From NCBI GenBank assembly GCA_050745565.1, contig JBOGKJ010000362.1:1-58743 (forward strand): 58,743 nt of DNA, given 5' to 3'. Positions 45,072-54,186 of this stretch are shown here, piece by piece (the first letter of the stretch is position 1; each line of letters begins with the position of its first letter). This DNA is from Terriglobales bacterium (GTDB lineage Bacteria > Acidobacteriota > Terriglobia > Terriglobales > SCQP01). Under the pieces are notes generated by a model. It was not told where the DNA came from and did no database searches. It was given only the letters and a program-made list of their open reading frames with translations. A program made the position numbers and the translations under genes.

Positions 45072-46526
45072 TTAGCGAGCGGGCAGATAGTGCCGGTAGT
45101 CGGTCGCGGCGACGCCCAGCGCCTGGGCGAGCGTGGCCTTGGCCAGGTTGTAGCCATAGAGGCTGGCGATGTAGGCTTCGTCGGCTTCGGCCACCGACTG
45201 CTGAGCCTGCACCACATCGAGATTGTCGGCCACGCCGGCCTTGAACCGGTCCTGGGCCAGCGTCAGTTCCTGCTGCGCCAGGCTGCGGGTATTGCTCGCC
45301 ACGCCCACCTGCTGGCGGTTCTCTTGCAGATCGAGCAGCGCCGAGCGCACCTGCACGGCGATAGCCGCCCTGAGGTCGGCCGCGCGGTTTTCGGCGTCGC
45401 GCACTTGCGCGGCGGCCCGCAGCCGCTGAGCGCGCAACAGCCCGCCGGAAAACACCGGCACCTCAATCGTGGCGCCGACGGAAAAGATGGGGTGGTTGCT
45501 GTCGATTTCGTGGCCGATGGTGCCGTAGTTGCCCTGGAGCGAGAGAGTGGGCAGACGCGCGTCGCGCGCGGCCGCCACCAGCAACTGCGCCGACCGGACG
45601 GTTTGCTGCGCGGCGCGGAAATCCGGGCGCGTCGCCAGCGCCTGGGCCACCGCCGCCGCCGGCGTGGGCGGATTCAAAGCCTCGAACGCGGCCACGGTGG
45701 CGAAGCTGAACTGCTGCTCGAGCGGCAGGCCGATGGCGCGCGCCAGCGTCAGCCGCTGCTTGGCGAGTGCGTTTTCCTGGGCGGTGAGCTGCTGCTGCTG
45801 GCGGTCCTGCTGCACGGCGGCGCGCACCACGGTCAGCGCTTCCACGGTGCCCGCCTTCAGCATGTCCTGCGCCTGCTGCAAGGCGTTCTGCGCGGTGGCG
45901 AGCTCGGCCCGGGCGGCCTCGACCCGGCTCTGGTCTGCCACCCCCAGCAGATACTGGTTGGCCACCGCCAGCACCACCAGGTTGCGCGTGGCGTCGTAGT
46001 TGAGTTGGGCCACGCTTTGCAGCCCGCTCGCCGCGCGCGCGCTTTGGATGGCGGACAGGTCAAGCAACGGCACGTTGGCGGCGGCGCTGGCCTGAAACAC
46101 ATTGAACGGGCCCACGAGCTGCGGAAATCCCGGAAAGCTGAAGCCAAACGCGGCCAGGTTGATCTTTTGCCGCAGCTCGCCGGCGCTCGCATTCACGCTC
46201 GGCAACAGGCCCGCCAGTGCGCTCAGACGCTGCGCCCGCGCCTGCTGGCTTAGATTGGCCGCCAGCAGCGGAGCCAGATTCTGGCGCAGGCCGCGCGCGA
46301 TGGCGTCGCCCAGCGTCAGCGGCAGCGTGCCGGGCATCACGGCGCCGACCGGCACGCCCCCGGCCAAATCGTTCATGCCCGGCGCCGCGAACGGCACCTG
46401 CACCGGTGGCGCGACCACCGACCGCGCCGGCGGCAGGCCTTGCGCCAGCGCCATGGTTGCCATTAACCCCGTCCCCAACGCCACCACTACGGCTTGCCTC
46501 ATGCTTTTGCCCCGCAACCATTCCAA
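45072..46526 (-). CDS. TolC-like outer-membrane efflux factor
   Basis: Signal peptide and two OEP repeats with coiled-coil Ala/Gln-rich segments. The start is either 46526 (MEWL) or 46502 (MRQA), which abuts the tetR stop. Confidence 0.85.
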   Translation of the reverse strand: MEWLRGKSMRQAVVVALGTGLMATMALAQGLPPARSVVAPPVQVPFAAPGMNDLAGGVPVGAVMPGTLPLTLGDAIARGLRQNLAPLLAANLSQQARAQRLSALAGLLPSVNASAGELRQKINLAAFGFSFPGFPQLVGPFNVFQASAAANVPLLDLSAIQSARAASGLQSVAQLNYDATRNLVVLAVANQYLLGVADQSRVEAARAELATAQNALQQAQDMLKAGTVEALTVVRAAVQQDRQQQQLTAQENALAKQRLTLARAIGLPLEQQFSFATVAAFEALNPPTPAAAVAQALATRPDFRAAQQTVRSAQLLVAAARDARLPTLSLQGNYGTIGHEIDSNHPIFSVGATIEVPVFSGGLLRAQRLRAAAQVRDAENRAADLRAAIAVQVRSALLDLQENRQQVGVASNTRSLAQQELTLAQDRFKAGVADNLDVVQAQQSVAEADEAYIASLYGYNLAKATLAQALGVAATDYRHYLPAR

Positions 46527-47113
46527 AACAAATCAAAAACGAAGCTCTCGCCGTCCAGGCCGGCTTCCAGCCCCGGCACGCCCGAGAACCGCATCGTGAA
46601 TACACCCTTCACCAAGTCCATGAGGGCGACGGCCGCAGCCTGCGTGTTGACGGCGCGCAACTCGCCCGAGCGCACCCCGGCATCCAGCACGCCCGCCAGA
46701 TAGGAGGCCGCCTCCAGGTACAGCGCATGCATCGGCCCATCTTTGGTCCGGCACATGTGCCCAAACTCGGTCACGTACATCCGCACAAACTGCTCGTCGG
46801 AGCGCAGGAACTCGAAACGCACCCGCAGCCCCGCCTGAATCTTCGCCCGCGCGCCTTCAACGGCCTCCATGTCGCATTTCATCTCGTCCAACATCGTCCG
46901 GAAGCGCGAGCTCAGGGCGGCCCAGAAAATGGCGTCCTTGCTGGCGTAATAGAGATAGATAGTGCCCTTGGCGACGCCGGCCTCAGCCGCAATCAGGTCC
47001 ACGGTCGCATCCGCATAGCCGTGCTCGCCGAAGACCTTGCGGGCGGCCTCAAGAATTTCCGCCTCACGGAATTCGGTCAGCGCCTGGCGGCGAGTTTTGC
47101 CTTGCAATGTCAT
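46499..47113 (-). CDS. TetR/AcrR-family transcriptional repressor
   Basis: HTH ILEAARKVFGEHGYADATVDLIAAEAGVAKGTIYLYYASKD. First gene of the efflux operon. A palindromic operator lies 12 nt upstream. Confidence 0.9.
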   Translation of the reverse strand: MTLQGKTRRQALTEFREAEILEAARKVFGEHGYADATVDLIAAEAGVAKGTIYLYYASKDAIFWAALSSRFRTMLDEMKCDMEAVEGARAKIQAGLRVRFEFLRSDEQFVRMYVTEFGHMCRTKDGPMHALYLEAASYLAGVLDAGVRSGELRAVNTQAAAVALMDLVKGVFTMRFSGVPGLEAGLDGESFVFDLFWNGCGAKA

Positions 47114-47124
47114 GTCATTCTTAA

Positions 47125-47140
47125 GACTGACTGGTCAGTC
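47125..47140. promoter_or_regulatory. Palindromic operator candidate for the TetR repressor
   Basis: GACTGAC-TG-GTCAGTC (7-bp arms), 12 nt upstream of the tetR ATG, in the only low-GC stretch of that gap. Confidence 0.6.
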
Positions 47141-47241
47141 AATTTATTACAACACCATTCTTACGCGCGGCGGCGGCGGGTGTCAAGCCAATTTAGGGGG
47201 ACAAAAGCAGGGACGGCTGAGGCCGGGCGCGGTGTATGGCT

Positions 47242-47757
47242 TCAGGATGCGAGCGCGCTGGGCTGCAAGGCCTTTTCTAGGGCAAGGAGGCGGACTTTGA
47301 TGCCAAGCCCGCTGCGGCCGGCGTAGCCGACCAGGGCGCCATCGCTGCCAATCACGCGATGGCAAGGCACCACGATGGGGAGCGGGTTTCTGCGATTCGC
47401 GCCGCCGACGGCGCGGCAGGCTTTGGGGCGGCCGACAGCGCGGGCGACCTGGGCGTAACTGGCGGTGGCGCCGTAGGGGATGTCGAGCAGCGCCTTCCAG
47501 ACGCGCTGCTGAAACGGCGTGCCGACCCAGTCGAGCGGATAGTCAAAGTTCTGGAGCGAACCGCTGAAGTAGGCTTGCAGTTGCTGGGCGAGCTCGGCGG
47601 TGGCGCCGGCGGAGGCAGGAGCATCGGTGGGGACGGGAGCGCGGCCGAATTGAATGGAACGGGCGCCACGATTGGATATGAGCAGCGTCAGCGGGCCGAT
47701 GGGAGAATCCATCACCGACCAATGGAGAGCGCTGGTCACAGTTTCAGGGTAACGCAT
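47242..47757 (-). CDS. ogt: Methylated-DNA-protein-cysteine methyltransferase
   Basis: Active-site PCHRVIGSDG and the helix-turn-wing YGATASYAQVA. An alternative start exists at 47712 (MDSPIGPL). Confidence 0.9.
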   Translation of the reverse strand: MRYPETVTSALHWSVMDSPIGPLTLLISNRGARSIQFGRAPVPTDAPASAGATAELAQQLQAYFSGSLQNFDYPLDWVGTPFQQRVWKALLDIPYGATASYAQVARAVGRPKACRAVGGANRRNPLPIVVPCHRVIGSDGALVGYAGRSGLGIKVRLLALEKALQPSALAS

Positions 47758-47797
47758 TTAGAGCAGAGGCGGCACGGTCGCCGTTTCGAAGTTGGCG

Positions 47798-47965
47798 GCG
47801 GCGCGGCCGCCCTTTTCAGGACGCCCCATCCCTGACAATTCCAGCGCGCAGGTGCGTCGGGTGCCCCCTGGTCGGTCTGCTGTCGCAATTCGTTTGGCGG
47901 CAACGCGCACCCGCGCTGCTCGGTGCACGCGCCAGCGGCGCCTTCACCCGTCCAAGTTGCCTGGT
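47798..47965 (+). repeat. Module A, copy A8 (most divergent copy, long 3' variant)
   Basis: GGCGCGGCCGCCCTTTTCAGGACGCCCC..., core TTTGGCGGCAACGCGCACCCGCGCTGCTC, 3' CCGTCCAAGTTGCCTGG. The flanking genes are divergent. Confidence 0.8.
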
Positions 47966-48007
47966 TAACCTCCCAGCGGCGGGCTGCGGCAAGGCTACCA
48001 TGGAGGC

Positions 48008-48982
48008 TTGACGGGGCTGGTCATTGCGGGGTTGGGCCTGACCGCGGCGGCGGTGCTGGGGCTGATATGGCTGGCGGCGGCCGCCCCACCGGTGGCACGC
48101 TTCCCGTGGTATGGAGGGTGGGCGTTGGCGGCGCTGGCGGCTTGCGCGCTGATGTTGGCGCTGCGGGTAGCGTGGGTGGCAACTTTTTTCACCGCGCTGA
48201 TGTGGACCGCCTACATTGCGGCGGTGGATGCGGCGGTGTATCGGCTGCGCGGGGATTCGCTGCTGCGCCGCCCCGGCGCGCTGGCCGCCATGGCGCTGCT
48301 GTCGGTGCCGCTGTGGCTGATTTTCGAGGCCTACAACCTGCGTTTGGCGAACTGGCGATACGTGGGCGTGCCGGCCCGATTCTGGCTGTTTGCCGTGGGC
48401 GCCACCTGGGCGTTCGCCACCATCCTCCCCGGCATTTTTGAAACCGCGGACCTGATCCACACCGCCTGGACCAGCCGCTGGCGTTGGCCGAGGTGGCGCA
48501 GCCGGGGCTGGCCGTGGATGGCGGCGGGTGCGGCGCTGCTTGCGGTGCCGCTCGTCGCGCCCGCCGCCTGGGCACCCTATCTGTTCGCCCTGGTGTGGGC
48601 GGGTTTTATATTCCTGCTGGACCCGGTGAACCGCGCCTGCGGCTGGCCCGCGCTGCTCGCCGACCTGGAGCAGGGCGCGGCCGGGCGCATCGCCGCCCTG
48701 CTGTTGGCGGGCGCGGCCTGCGGGTTCCTGTGGGAGTGCTGGAATTACTGGGCGGCGGCGCGCTGGGAATACGTGTTTCCGATCCTGCACCGCTACCGCA
48801 TCTTTGCCATGCCCGCGCCGGGGTTTCTGGGGTTTCCGCCGTTTGCGCTGGAATGCTTTGTGCTCTACACGCTGGCCGCGCACGCGCTGCTGCCGCCCCG
48901 GCTGCGCGCCCGCCTGCTGGAGCCTTGTGCTAGCCTGAACGCCAGGAGGGTTGCCGAGATTTGGCCGGACGCGCGGAACTGA
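48008..48982 (+). CDS. Unknown polytopic membrane protein (about 9 TM) with internal duplication
   Basis: 324 aa, Trp-rich, with paired motifs LWLIFEAYNLRLANWRYVGVP and GFLWECWNYWAAARWEYVFP. TTG start directly after GGAGG, so the start is uncertain. The 3' end overlaps the mlaD-like gene by 22 nt. Confidence 0.55.
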   Translation: MTGLVIAGLGLTAAAVLGLIWLAAAAPPVARFPWYGGWALAALAACALMLALRVAWVATFFTALMWTAYIAAVDAAVYRLRGDSLLRRPGALAAMALLSVPLWLIFEAYNLRLANWRYVGVPARFWLFAVGATWAFATILPGIFETADLIHTAWTSRWRWPRWRSRGWPWMAAGAALLAVPLVAPAAWAPYLFALVWAGFIFLLDPVNRACGWPALLADLEQGAAGRIAALLLAGAACGFLWECWNYWAAARWEYVFPILHRYRIFAMPAPGFLGFPPFALECFVLYTLAAHALLPPRLRARLLEPCASLNARRVAEIWPDARN

Positions 48983-50040
48983 GATGGTCGCAACTGCGGG
49001 TGGGCATCGTGGTGGCGATCGCGGTGGCGATCATCGTGTTCGTCATCTTCGCCAGCACCGGCGGGTCGGGCTGGTTCGCCTCCCGCATGACACTGCACAC
49101 CTACGTGCCGGATGCGGGCGGTATGCGGCCGGGCGCGAGCGTCAACCTGGAGGGGGTGGGCATCGGCAACGTCACCACCATTCACCTCGCCGAAAGCCCG
49201 CCCGACGCCCAAAATCCGGTCGAGGTGACCATGCAGGTCAGCGAGGGGCATGAACGCTGGCTGCGCACCAACTCGACGGTGGAGCTGGGCACGGCCGGAC
49301 CGCTGGGCGAGACGCTGGTGAACATCAGCGCTGGCACACTGGCCGCGCCGCCGGCCCACGACGGCACGGTGCTGCCGGGAGCGCCCTCGACCGGCATCAA
49401 CCAGTTGCTGGTCTCCAGCCACAATGTGATTCAAAACGCCAACCTTATGGAACAGCGCATCGGGCAGCTCCTCGACCAGATTCAAAATGGCAAGGGCTCG
49501 CTGGGCAAGCTGCTCTACAGCAGCGAGCTCTATGACCGCTTCAATGACACCGCGCTGAACCTGCAGCACATCACCGCCAAGCTGAATTCCGGCCAGGGCA
49601 CGGCCGGCAAACTGCTCAACGACGCCTCGCTTTACGACAACCTGAACACCACGCTGGCCAACCTCAACGCGTTGTTGAACTCGATCCAACATGGCAACGG
49701 CACCGCTGCGCGGCTGATCAACGATCCCAGCCTGTACAACAACCTCAACCAGGTGACGACCAGCCTGCACCAGACGATTGTGGCGCTCAACGCAGGCCAC
49801 GGCGCGCTGGGCGCCCTAATGACGGACTCGGCGACCAGCGCCAAGCTGAAAGATTCCCTGGCGCGGCTCGACGCCGTGCTGCAGTCGCTGCAGGCAGGCC
49901 AGGGCACGGCCGGCAAGCTGCTCACCGATCAGGCGCTCTACAACAACCTGACCAACCTGAGCGCCGAAGCCCGGGCGCTGATTCAGGCCATCCGCGCCAA
50001 CCCGAAGCGGTATCTGACCATTCATCTCGATATTTTCTAG
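48961..50040 (+). CDS. MlaD/MCE-domain protein with five 34-aa C-terminal repeats
   Basis: N-terminal TM LRVGIVVAIAVAIIVFVIFA and an MCE domain (GMRPGASVNLEGVGIGNVTTIHL). TTG start at 48961 (alternative GTG 49000). Confidence 0.8.
   Translation: MAGRAELRWSQLRVGIVVAIAVAIIVFVIFASTGGSGWFASRMTLHTYVPDAGGMRPGASVNLEGVGIGNVTTIHLAESPPDAQNPVEVTMQVSEGHERWLRTNSTVELGTAGPLGETLVNISAGTLAAPPAHDGTVLPGAPSTGINQLLVSSHNVIQNANLMEQRIGQLLDQIQNGKGSLGKLLYSSELYDRFNDTALNLQHITAKLNSGQGTAGKLLNDASLYDNLNTTLANLNALLNSIQHGNGTAARLINDPSLYNNLNQVTTSLHQTIVALNAGHGALGALMTDSATSAKLKDSLARLDAVLQSLQAGQGTAGKLLTDQALYNNLTNLSAEARALIQAIRANPKRYLTIHLDIF
49489..49998 (+). repeat. Five tandem 102-nt (34-aa) intragenic repeats in the mlaD-like gene
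   Basis: The units start with a GGC codon at 49489, 49591, 49693, 49795 and 49897. Peptide pattern GxG(T/S)xGKLLxDxxLYxNL. Confidence 0.9.
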
Positions 50041-50047
50041 GCGGGGG

Positions 50048-50138
50048 CATTATTTGGCGCGGGGCCTGGCGTGGCACGGCCACCCGCTTGCATTACTTGG
50101 CGCGGGGCCTGGCGTGGCTCCGCCACGCAACCCGCTTA
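50048..50138 (+). repeat. Module F: two tandem ~43-48-nt units immediately after the mlaD-like stop
   Basis: CATTATTTGGCGCGGGGCCTGGCGTGGCACGGCCACCCGCTTG followed by CATTACTTGGCGCGGGGCCTGGCGTGGCTCCGCCACGCAACCCGCTTACG. The second unit holds the hairpin GCGTGGC-TCC-GCCACGC. Confidence 0.85.
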
Positions 50139-50339
50139 CGATTGTGCGGGCGTCCAGCGCATGCGCCGGCGGAGCCAGCCAGTGCGCCGCGCAGCGTGCT
50201 ATGACCACGCTGTCACGCGCATGAAATATCCTGCAGCTTATGTTTTTAGTTTGACTCTAAGCCGGTTGTGGACATACAACCAAGTAACATCTACGCCCTA
50301 TTCCGGGCGGCACTCGGACGAAAGAGGAGCGACTTTTTT

Positions 50340-53300
50340 ATGATGCGAACCCTGCAGATGCGGTGGCTGATCACGGTGGCATGCCTGCTGGCTGGCGCCG
50401 GGATGGCGTGGTCGCAGGTGGCGACCAGCACGTTGAGCGGCACGGTGCTGGACAGCGCCAATGCTTCGGTACCGGGGGTCGCCGTCACGGTGGTGAATCC
50501 CAGCACAGGGGCCAAGCTGGCCGCCTCCACCGACCTGCACGGCTACTGGGCGCTGCCGGCGATGTCGGCCGGCACGTACCAGGTTTCGGTGTCGCACGTG
50601 GGCTTCCAGACGCAGGTGGTTTCGAACGTCAAGATTGACGCCGGCGTGCCGGCGACGGTGAACGTGACGCTCAAAGTGGGCGAGGCCAGCCAAACGATCG
50701 AGGTCACCGGCGGAGCCGAAGTGCTGCAGACCTCGACCGCGGCGGTGAGCTCGACGCTGCAGGGGGCACAGATCCACAACCTTCCGTTCACCAGCCGCAA
50801 CGTCACTGAGCTGATCGCGACCCAGCCCGGCACGCAAACCGGCGATGCGGTGCGGCAGTCGCTGATGGACGGCCTGCCGCAGTCGGCGATCAGCCAGACG
50901 CTGGATGGCATCAACATCCAGGACAACACCGCCAAGTCCGGCGACGGCGTATTTGTGGCCGTGTTTCCGCGCACCGACGCGGTGGAGGAGGTGACGGTGG
51001 GTTCGGCCGCGGCCGGCGCCGACAGCCTCGGCGGCGGCGCGGTGCAGATCAAGTTCGTCACCCGTTCCGGCAGCAACCAGTGGCACGGCGACCTGTTCGA
51101 ACAGAACCGCAACCAAGCGCTCGAGGCCAACTACGTCTTCAACGCCGCCTCCGGGCTGCCGCGTGACAAGCTGAACCTGAACGAGTTCGGCGGCAGCGTG
51201 GGCGGGCCCATCCTGAAGAACAAGCTGTTCATGTTCTTTTCGGTCGAGGCGTTCCGGTTGCCGCAGTCCTTCCTGATCACCAACCAGAACTGGCTGACGC
51301 CCACCGCCCAGACCGGCGTGTTCACCTACAAGGACTCCAAGGGAAACGTACAGGCGATCAACCTGTACGCGCTGGCGACGGCACAGAACGCGAGCCTGCC
51401 GGCCGGCACCCGGGCCTTCGCCACCGCGCCCGACCCGCTGCTGGCCAAGACCGAGGCCGACATCCAGACGCTGGTGGACAAGAGCGAGCTGGCGCAGGTG
51501 AGCCGCATCACCAGCAACAACGACTACAACCGCTACAACTTCAGCTCCGCGCCCCCGACCTACAACAACCGCAACTTCCCGGTGGCGCGCTTTGATTGGG
51601 ACATCAACGCCAAAAACCGGCTCAGCTACATCACCAACTGGCAGACCAACGACCGCCATCCCGACGCGCTCAACGGCACGGTGCAGATTCTGCCGGGCAC
51701 GGGCACGGTGTTGGGCTCGCCCGATATCGCCGACCAGATCGGCGAGGAGTTCACCGACGACGCGCAGCTGCGCACCATCTTCTCCCCGACAATCACCAAC
51801 GCGCTGAACTGGGGTATCGAGGGCGGCAACGTCTGGTTCAGCTCCGGGCTCACGCCGGTGCCCTACGCCCAGTGGAACAATGTGCTGCCGAGCTTCAACG
51901 GCTACATCACCAACCCCTACCGCTCCACCATTGACAGCCAGTCCAAGCGCAATACCCCGGTGACCAACTTCAGCGACGCGGTCTCCTGGCTGAAGGGCAG
52001 CCACCTGCTCCAGTTCGGCTTCGATTTCAGTTCGGTAAGCGGGTACTCGTCAAACAACGGTTCGCAGATCCTGCCCACGCTGACGCTGGCGAACCTCTCG
52101 ACCGATCCGGACAACTCCGGCAGCACCAGCCTGTTCACCACCACCACGCTGCCCAACAGTTCCTCGACGCAGCGCAGCGACGCGGCCGCGCTCTATGCGG
52201 TGCTGACCGGGCGGGTGTCGGCGATCACCAGCTCGGCTTCGCTGGACCCGACCACCGGCACCTACGGCCCGTTCCACACCATCAGTTGGACGCGGCAGCG
52301 CGAGTATGGCATCTACGCCCAGGACGACTGGAAGGTGAGCCCCCGGCTGTCATTCAACTACGGGTTGCGCTTCGACAAGCAGCAGCCCTTCCAGGATCTG
52401 ACCGGCGCCAGCACCACCAACCCGGGGCTGGCGGGCATGTACGGGGTCTCGGGCGTGGGCAACCTGTTCATGCCGGGCACGCTGACGGGCGTAACGCCTG
52501 GCTTCCAGCAGGTGGCCAAGGGCGCCTACGCCTACAACACCAGCTATAAGTTCGACCCGACTGTGGGCTTCGCCTATCAGCTTCCAAGCTGGGGCGGGTT
52601 CATGCACACGCTGCTAGGCAGCAACTCGGTGGTGCGGGCCGGGTTTGCGATTTCGAACATCCGCGAGGGCATTGGCGAGTTCACCGGCGTACTGGGGCGC
52701 AACCCAGGCGCCACGCTCTCCACGTCGGTAAACCCGAACACGGCGCCCGCGGTGTTCCCGGCCGGCAGCGTGTACTTCAGCGACGCGGCCTCGACCCGCC
52801 CCACGCTGGCGCCGACTTCGATTGACCCCAACTTCCCCGAGACGAGCTACCCCATCCCGGTGCAGACCAGCAACTCGCTGAACACCTACGATCCCAACCT
52901 GAAGATGGAGTATGTCTCCTCCTGGGACTTCGGGCTGCAGCGCGAGTTCGGCGCCAACACCGCGCTCGAAATTCGCTACGTCGGCAACCACGGCACCGAC
53001 CTCTTCCGCACCTTCAACCTGAACGAAGTCAACATTTTCGAGAACGGCTTCCTGGATGAGTTCAAAACGGCGCAGGCCAACCTCGCCCTCGCCCAGCAGT
53101 CGAGTCCGACCAGCACCACCTTCGCCGGCCTGGCGGGGCAACAGTCGGTGCCGATTCTGACGACGGCGCTGGGCAAGAGCAGCGATCAAACCACGGCCAC
53201 GCGCCTGGAGGAGGGCGCCGCCGGCGCCCTGGCCACCAGCATCGCTACCAATGTGGGCGAAATGGGCAGCCTGGTCAAAGCCGGCTACGCACCCAATCTG

Positions 53301-54182
53301 TTTGTGGTGAACCCGGCCACGACCAGTTCCGTGAACCTCACCACCAACGGCGGCGACAGCACCTACAATTCGCTGCAAATCGTGCTGCGGCGGCGCATGA
53401 GCGCCGGGCTGCAGGTGCAGGGCAGCTATGTCTATTCCAAGTCGCTGACCAACACCAGCAACACGCCGTTCACGCTGCGCAATGTGGGCGCCGACAAGGC
53501 GCCGTCGTTTTCCGACCAGCGCGACGCCTTCAAGTTCAATTGGATTTACCAGCTCCCGATTGGGCCCAAGCACTATCTGCTCAGCCATATGCAAAACGCG
53601 GTGGGCCGGGCGCTGCTGACCAACTGGTCGTTTGACGGCGTGGCCCGCGTGCAGAGCGGCGTGCCCGAGGAACTGGGCAGCGGCACCGGTTTTGCCACGG
53701 TGAATAACGACGATCCCGGCGTGGTGCTGCACGGCATCACGCCCAAACAGCTCCAGAGCGAGATGCATCCCTACGTCGTGGGCAGCGACCCGAGCGCGGT
53801 GGTTTACTATCTGCCGCAAGCGCTGGTAACCAACACCAAGGCCGCCTACGGCATTGCGGGCACGCTCGACCCTTCCGCGCCCTATATCGGGCCGCCGGCG
53901 GCGGGCGAGTTCGGCCAGCGCGTCTACCTGTATGGCCCATGGCTGTCGAAGTTTGACATGAGCCTGACCAAGGTGGCTCCGATTCACGAGAGCATGAACC
54001 TCGAGATGCGGGTGCAGGCGCTCAACGTGTTCAACGCCATCAACTTCCTGCTACCGGGTCAGAGCCTGCAGAGCGTGGATTCGAGCAGCTTTGGACAGAC
54101 GACGAACGCGTTCCGCGACTTCAGCAACACCAACGATCCCGGTTCGCGCACCATTGAGTTTGTCATTACCCTGCATTTCTAG
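50340..54182 (+). CDS. TonB-dependent receptor with an N-terminal carboxypeptidase-regulatory-like domain
   Basis: Signal peptide MMRTLQMRWLITVACLLAGAGMAWSQ, then the CarboxypepD_reg pattern LSGTVLDSANASVPGVAVTVVN...YWALPAMSAGTYQVSVSHVGFQ, a plug region and a terminal aromatic residue (LHF). AGAGGAG lies upstream. Confidence 0.85.
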   Translation: MMRTLQMRWLITVACLLAGAGMAWSQVATSTLSGTVLDSANASVPGVAVTVVNPSTGAKLAASTDLHGYWALPAMSAGTYQVSVSHVGFQTQVVSNVKIDAGVPATVNVTLKVGEASQTIEVTGGAEVLQTSTAAVSSTLQGAQIHNLPFTSRNVTELIATQPGTQTGDAVRQSLMDGLPQSAISQTLDGINIQDNTAKSGDGVFVAVFPRTDAVEEVTVGSAAAGADSLGGGAVQIKFVTRSGSNQWHGDLFEQNRNQALEANYVFNAASGLPRDKLNLNEFGGSVGGPILKNKLFMFFSVEAFRLPQSFLITNQNWLTPTAQTGVFTYKDSKGNVQAINLYALATAQNASLPAGTRAFATAPDPLLAKTEADIQTLVDKSELAQVSRITSNNDYNRYNFSSAPPTYNNRNFPVARFDWDINAKNRLSYITNWQTNDRHPDALNGTVQILPGTGTVLGSPDIADQIGEEFTDDAQLRTIFSPTITNALNWGIEGGNVWFSSGLTPVPYAQWNNVLPSFNGYITNPYRSTIDSQSKRNTPVTNFSDAVSWLKGSHLLQFGFDFSSVSGYSSNNGSQILPTLTLANLSTDPDNSGSTSLFTTTTLPNSSSTQRSDAAALYAVLTGRVSAITSSASLDPTTGTYGPFHTISWTRQREYGIYAQDDWKVSPRLSFNYGLRFDKQQPFQDLTGASTTNPGLAGMYGVSGVGNLFMPGTLTGVTPGFQQVAKGAYAYNTSYKFDPTVGFAYQLPSWGGFMHTLLGSNSVVRAGFAISNIREGIGEFTGVLGRNPGATLSTSVNPNTAPAVFPAGSVYFSDAASTRPTLAPTSIDPNFPETSYPIPVQTSNSLNTYDPNLKMEYVSSWDFGLQREFGANTALEIRYVGNHGTDLFRTFNLNEVNIFENGFLDEFKTAQANLALAQQSSPTSTTFAGLAGQQSVPILTTALGKSSDQTTATRLEEGAAGALATSIATNVGEMGSLVKAGYAPNLFVVNPATTSSVNLTTNGGDSTYNSLQIVLRRRMSAGLQVQGSYVYSKSLTNTSNTPFTLRNVGADKAPSFSDQRDAFKFNWIYQLPIGPKHYLLSHMQNAVGRALLTNWSFDGVARVQSGVPEELGSGTGFATVNNDDPGVVLHGITPKQLQSEMHPYVVGSDPSAVVYYLPQALVTNTKAAYGIAGTLDPSAPYIGPPAAGEFGQRVYLYGPWLSKFDMSLTKVAPIHESMNLEMRVQALNVFNAINFLLPGQSLQSVDSSSFGQTTNAFRDFSNTNDPGSRTIEFVITLHF

Positions 54183-54186
54183 AGGC

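Noticed and set aside
47117-47123. TAAGAAT on the - strand as a leaderless -10 box for tetR
   Set aside because: Only 3-4 nt separate it from the ATG, which is too close for a transcription start at the A of the ATG. No properly spaced -35 was found either (TTGACT is only about 14 nt away).
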